Origin: the human T2T-CHM13v2.0 reference genome, Homo sapiens
Assembly (NCBI RefSeq): GCF_009914755.1
Contig: NC_060926.1
Length of the DNA stretch: 64,000 bases
Strand: one strand, 5' to 3'
Shown: positions 60,560 through 64,000 of the stretch, one piece after another
How positions within the stretch are numbered: position 1 is the first letter of the stretch
How the letters are laid out: the number at the start of each line of letters is the position of its first letter
Made by a program: the position numbers and the translations under genes
Notes under the pieces: model-generated
What the model saw: only the letters and a program-made list of their open reading frames with translations
Told to the model about the DNA's origin: nothing
Databases searched by the model: none

Positions 60560-61940
60560 GAAATGGTACTCATTCATTTCTCCCTTATAAGGCTTGATGC
60601 TATTTTTATCATATATTTTACTTATACATATAAAACTCAAAATACATTACTTTTCATTTACAAAGTAAACTGTTTTAAAGAGATTTGAGTACTAAGAACA
60701 ATTCCATATATTTATCTATGTATTTACCTTATCCTTTGTTCTCTATTCCTTTGTTTAGACTTATATTTCCTTCTGGTTTTATTTTCTCTCTGCTTAAATT
60801 ACTTTCTTCATCTTTTCTTGTAGTGCAAGTGTGATGCTAATGAATGTTTCTTCTTTTGCATGTCTGAAAAATTATTTATTTCACCTTCTTAAAGAAATAA
60901 TACCTTTATTGAGATATAGTTCATATCCTATAAAATTTATCTCTTTAAAGTATGCAATTAAGTGCTTTTTAATATATTCATTGAATGGTACAACAAACGA
61001 CCACTGTTTAACTTCAGACTGTTTTGAACATATGTAATATAGTTATAATAACTGTTCTAATGTCCCTAGCTGCTAATTTTAACATCTGTGTCATTTATGG
61101 GTAAGTTTTATGTGATTGATATTCTCCTTATTATGTTATATTTTCCTACTTATTTTATATTCCTGGAAATATTTTATTGAATGCTGGACACTGAATTTTA
61201 TCTTGCGTTATGTGAATATTTTGGTATTCTTATAGATATTCTTGAGATTTGTTCTGGCATAGCTAAAGAGTTGGAAACAGTTTGATGTATCTGTGTCTTG
61301 ATTTTAGGAATTCCTACCGAAGATCAGAGTAGCCTTAGGTTTAGGGCTAATTATTTTCAAATATTGAAGCAAATACCTTCTTATTATGCAATCCAATGAT
61401 CCATAAAATTTGAGGTTCTCCAGCCTGGATCCTGGAAACAGATTCATTCCCTTTTGCATGTCAGCTTTGGGCATTGTCCTTAATAGTTTTTCTTTTTTCT
61501 AGTTTTTAGTAGGTTCCTCAAAGAATGACTATTTTGCTGAATGCTACAATAGGATTCTGTACAAATTTCTGGGCTTCTTTCTTAGCGCAGCTCTCAGAAT
61601 TCTGGTAATCTCACCCCTAGCTGCCTTGATATTCTCTGACTCGCAGCTTTTTCTTTTCAATTTAGGGTGTCTGCTGAATTCTACCTAGATTTTTGCCCTC
61701 ATTATAGTATCCCACAAACTCCCTTTTATTAGTAAACTCAGGAAATCCTAAAATATACCTCGTTTGTTTTCTATCTCTCAGGGGTCACTCTCATTCGTAT
61801 ATCCAGGGTCATGTTTGATGTTCAGTCACTTGAAAACTATTGTTACCCATATTTTGTCTCAGTTTAGTTGTTGTTGCTTCAGGCAGGAGAATAAACTCAT
61901 CCTCATTAATCCAGTTTATTTGGAAGCAGAAATCCTTCAA
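60560..61940 (-). mobile_element. Old L1M fragments (L1MC/ME-type)
   Basis: ttcttgtagtgcaagtgtgatgctaatgaat..., ttgatgttcagtcacttgaaaactattgtt...ccagtttatttggaagcagaa. Confidence 0.6.
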
Positions 61941-62519
61941 TGCCAGTATGCAAGTTCTTAACCGAAGGAAAGTGAATCCCAATTCTTAAAAATCTATTAT
62001 TTACTGATTTATTAAGTGGAGCTTGGTATCTCTTCTCTCCTATCAAAATATGCATGGGAACATTATGGCAGGTGAGAATTTTTCTTCTGGTATCTATTTT
62101 GTTTTCCTTTAACTTTCTACTCTTTTCATTTTAAAATCCTAGTGCTCTGCTCTCTGTGGATGTATAAAATTCTGCTGGTAGGTAGGGAATGAAAAGGGAC
62201 ACGTGGTTTAATCACATGCACTGCCAGAATTCGAGTGATAATGTTTCTCTTCCATAGCTATTTGCATCATAACACACACGTATTTTGTAATAAAAGATTT
62301 AGTCTCCCATTAAATAAATTTCTGGCATGAATTAATAGATGGCAGAAAATTACAAGGGAGAATTTTGGTCAGATTTTCTCAGAAGTTCTCAACCCATCAT
62401 TGAGAGGGAGTGGTTTCGGCCTCCCTTGCCGACATACCCACCCTTCCTCCTGCTCCAGGGAAGGCAAATTGAGCTGTGTCTGTGAGGAACCACCTGAGCC
62501 AGAACACAGAAAATTCGCG

Positions 62520-63030
62520 TGTGTCTGACCCTGCAATTCCAATTATAAAAATCTACCGTAGGAAAATAATTTTAAAATAAGGCTAGTATTCACATATGTA
62601 AGTGCCTATTGAAAAAATCCCTTATATTAACAAAAAAGAGAAAACGACTTAATTGCCTCAAAATGAGGTCAAACTCATGCAGACATACCCATCCACTTCA
62701 CTGAATGGATTCAATGTTGTGGCGACATTAACACTGATGTTGTAGGAAAATATATGGAAACATAGAAAATTACTAATGATATGGGGTTAGATGAAGAAAT
62801 AATGGTTAAAAACTCTCCCCTGACACTAATATTTAAGAATTCATAATACAAAATTTGAAGAAGATCCACTAAAACTTTTAGCTGTTATAATCTTTAGGTG
62901 ATATCATTACAGGTGGATTTTATACTTAATGTTCATATTTTGTACTTTAAGATTTCTTTCTGTAATGGATATACATTGCATTTATAATCAGTAAAACATC
63001 AATAAATGAGTATATAAATAAATAAATATT
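62520..63030 (+). mobile_element. L1ME-type 3' end
   Basis: tgaccctgcaattcc...; ggtgatatcattacaggtggatttt...cattgcatttataatcag. Confidence 0.55.
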
Positions 63031-64000
63031 TAAAACGGAGGGAAAACACTGAGTCAAGGTAGCTCTGGAGCTTCCTCTGACAAGTTACTGTTACTAATAT
63101 TTACTCTTTTTGGTTCCACTCCCCGTAATAGAGAAGGGGTATGTGTATTATCATCTTTGCAGCGACCCATCCCAGCTACACACTCATTACATACTCCTCT
63201 TAGGAAACGTAGACAATGCCTAGCCTGCCAGTCTGTCTGATGAAGCATGGCCTTTTGCAGGTGTGTAACTGCCTTTTACTAGTTTTCTGAAAACTGTCTC
63301 AAAGCAGCAAGAAAATAACCTGTAACTACGAGTGAAGTATAAAGATCTGTACTTAAAAGCATGCCTGACTAGGCTCTGTGCTTAGGGGACCCAATTAAGA
63401 ACATGTAAACAGTCTTCCTACAGTCGTATCCAGTGCTCCCGTACACCCACTGGGCTGTGCAATGCAGTCACTGCAAGTGGGAAGGTGGAGGTCACCGTGC
63501 TTGCCGATCGACTCACCATCATGGCCTACATTTTAGTCCATTGAAAATGCACAGTTTTATAAATCATCTGTTTTGATGGAGCAGCAAAAGCAAACTTTCA
63601 TCACGTTTTGGGTAATTTGTATTTTAAATATTAAAACGTATTCTACCTTGTGATATTCTTCCTGACTGTCATGCAAATTCAGCCCCTGTCTTCATAAATA
63701 GATTTTGGGAAACATCTCAATGCCAGTCACAGCACAGGTGAAATGTTAAATTTCACTGTGACTGAGCAAGGGGTTGTGGAGCTCGGCGCCCTTATCCTCA
63801 TCCCCTCTGTGTTTCCTAAGCTGTAGAAGCAAGACAGAATAATTCTCCTTTTTGACACAGTTTGCTCAGGGGCTCACATTTCTGCGGCTGTCAAGCGTGA
63901 ACAAATTAAAGTTTCTTTATTTTTCTATCAGGCATAAGTGGCCTTGGGATATGCTTGGCTGCCTCATTTTCTCTTAGCTTCAAATTCTCATCATCGGTCT

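Overview
AT-rich, CpG-poor simian primate DNA (human or ape-like, from AluY/AluS/AluJ and L1PA elements). It is intergenic or deep intronic and dominated by interspersed repeats: L1 of many ages, Alu, MaLR/ERV1 LTRs, MIR, L2, and hAT/mariner MITEs. I find no supportable host protein-coding exon, RNA gene or CRISPR array; the recognisable ORFs are decayed L1 ORF1/ORF2 or Alu read-through. I cannot support a new gene-encoded system. The most unusual features are structural: (i) an L1MA-type element present as three collinear, sequence-contiguous pieces interleaved with older host DNA (12812-19797); (ii) a ~680-bp fold-back with 90-bp non-microsatellite arms around a TA-rich core (50155-50830); (iii) a head-to-head fusion of two different L1s with ~1.2 kb of inverted homology (56004-59290); (iv) a twin-primed L1, a trimeric Alu, several short duplications and a few dense TF-motif clusters. 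Subfamily names come from my recall of consensus sequences, and boundaries of old elements are approximate.
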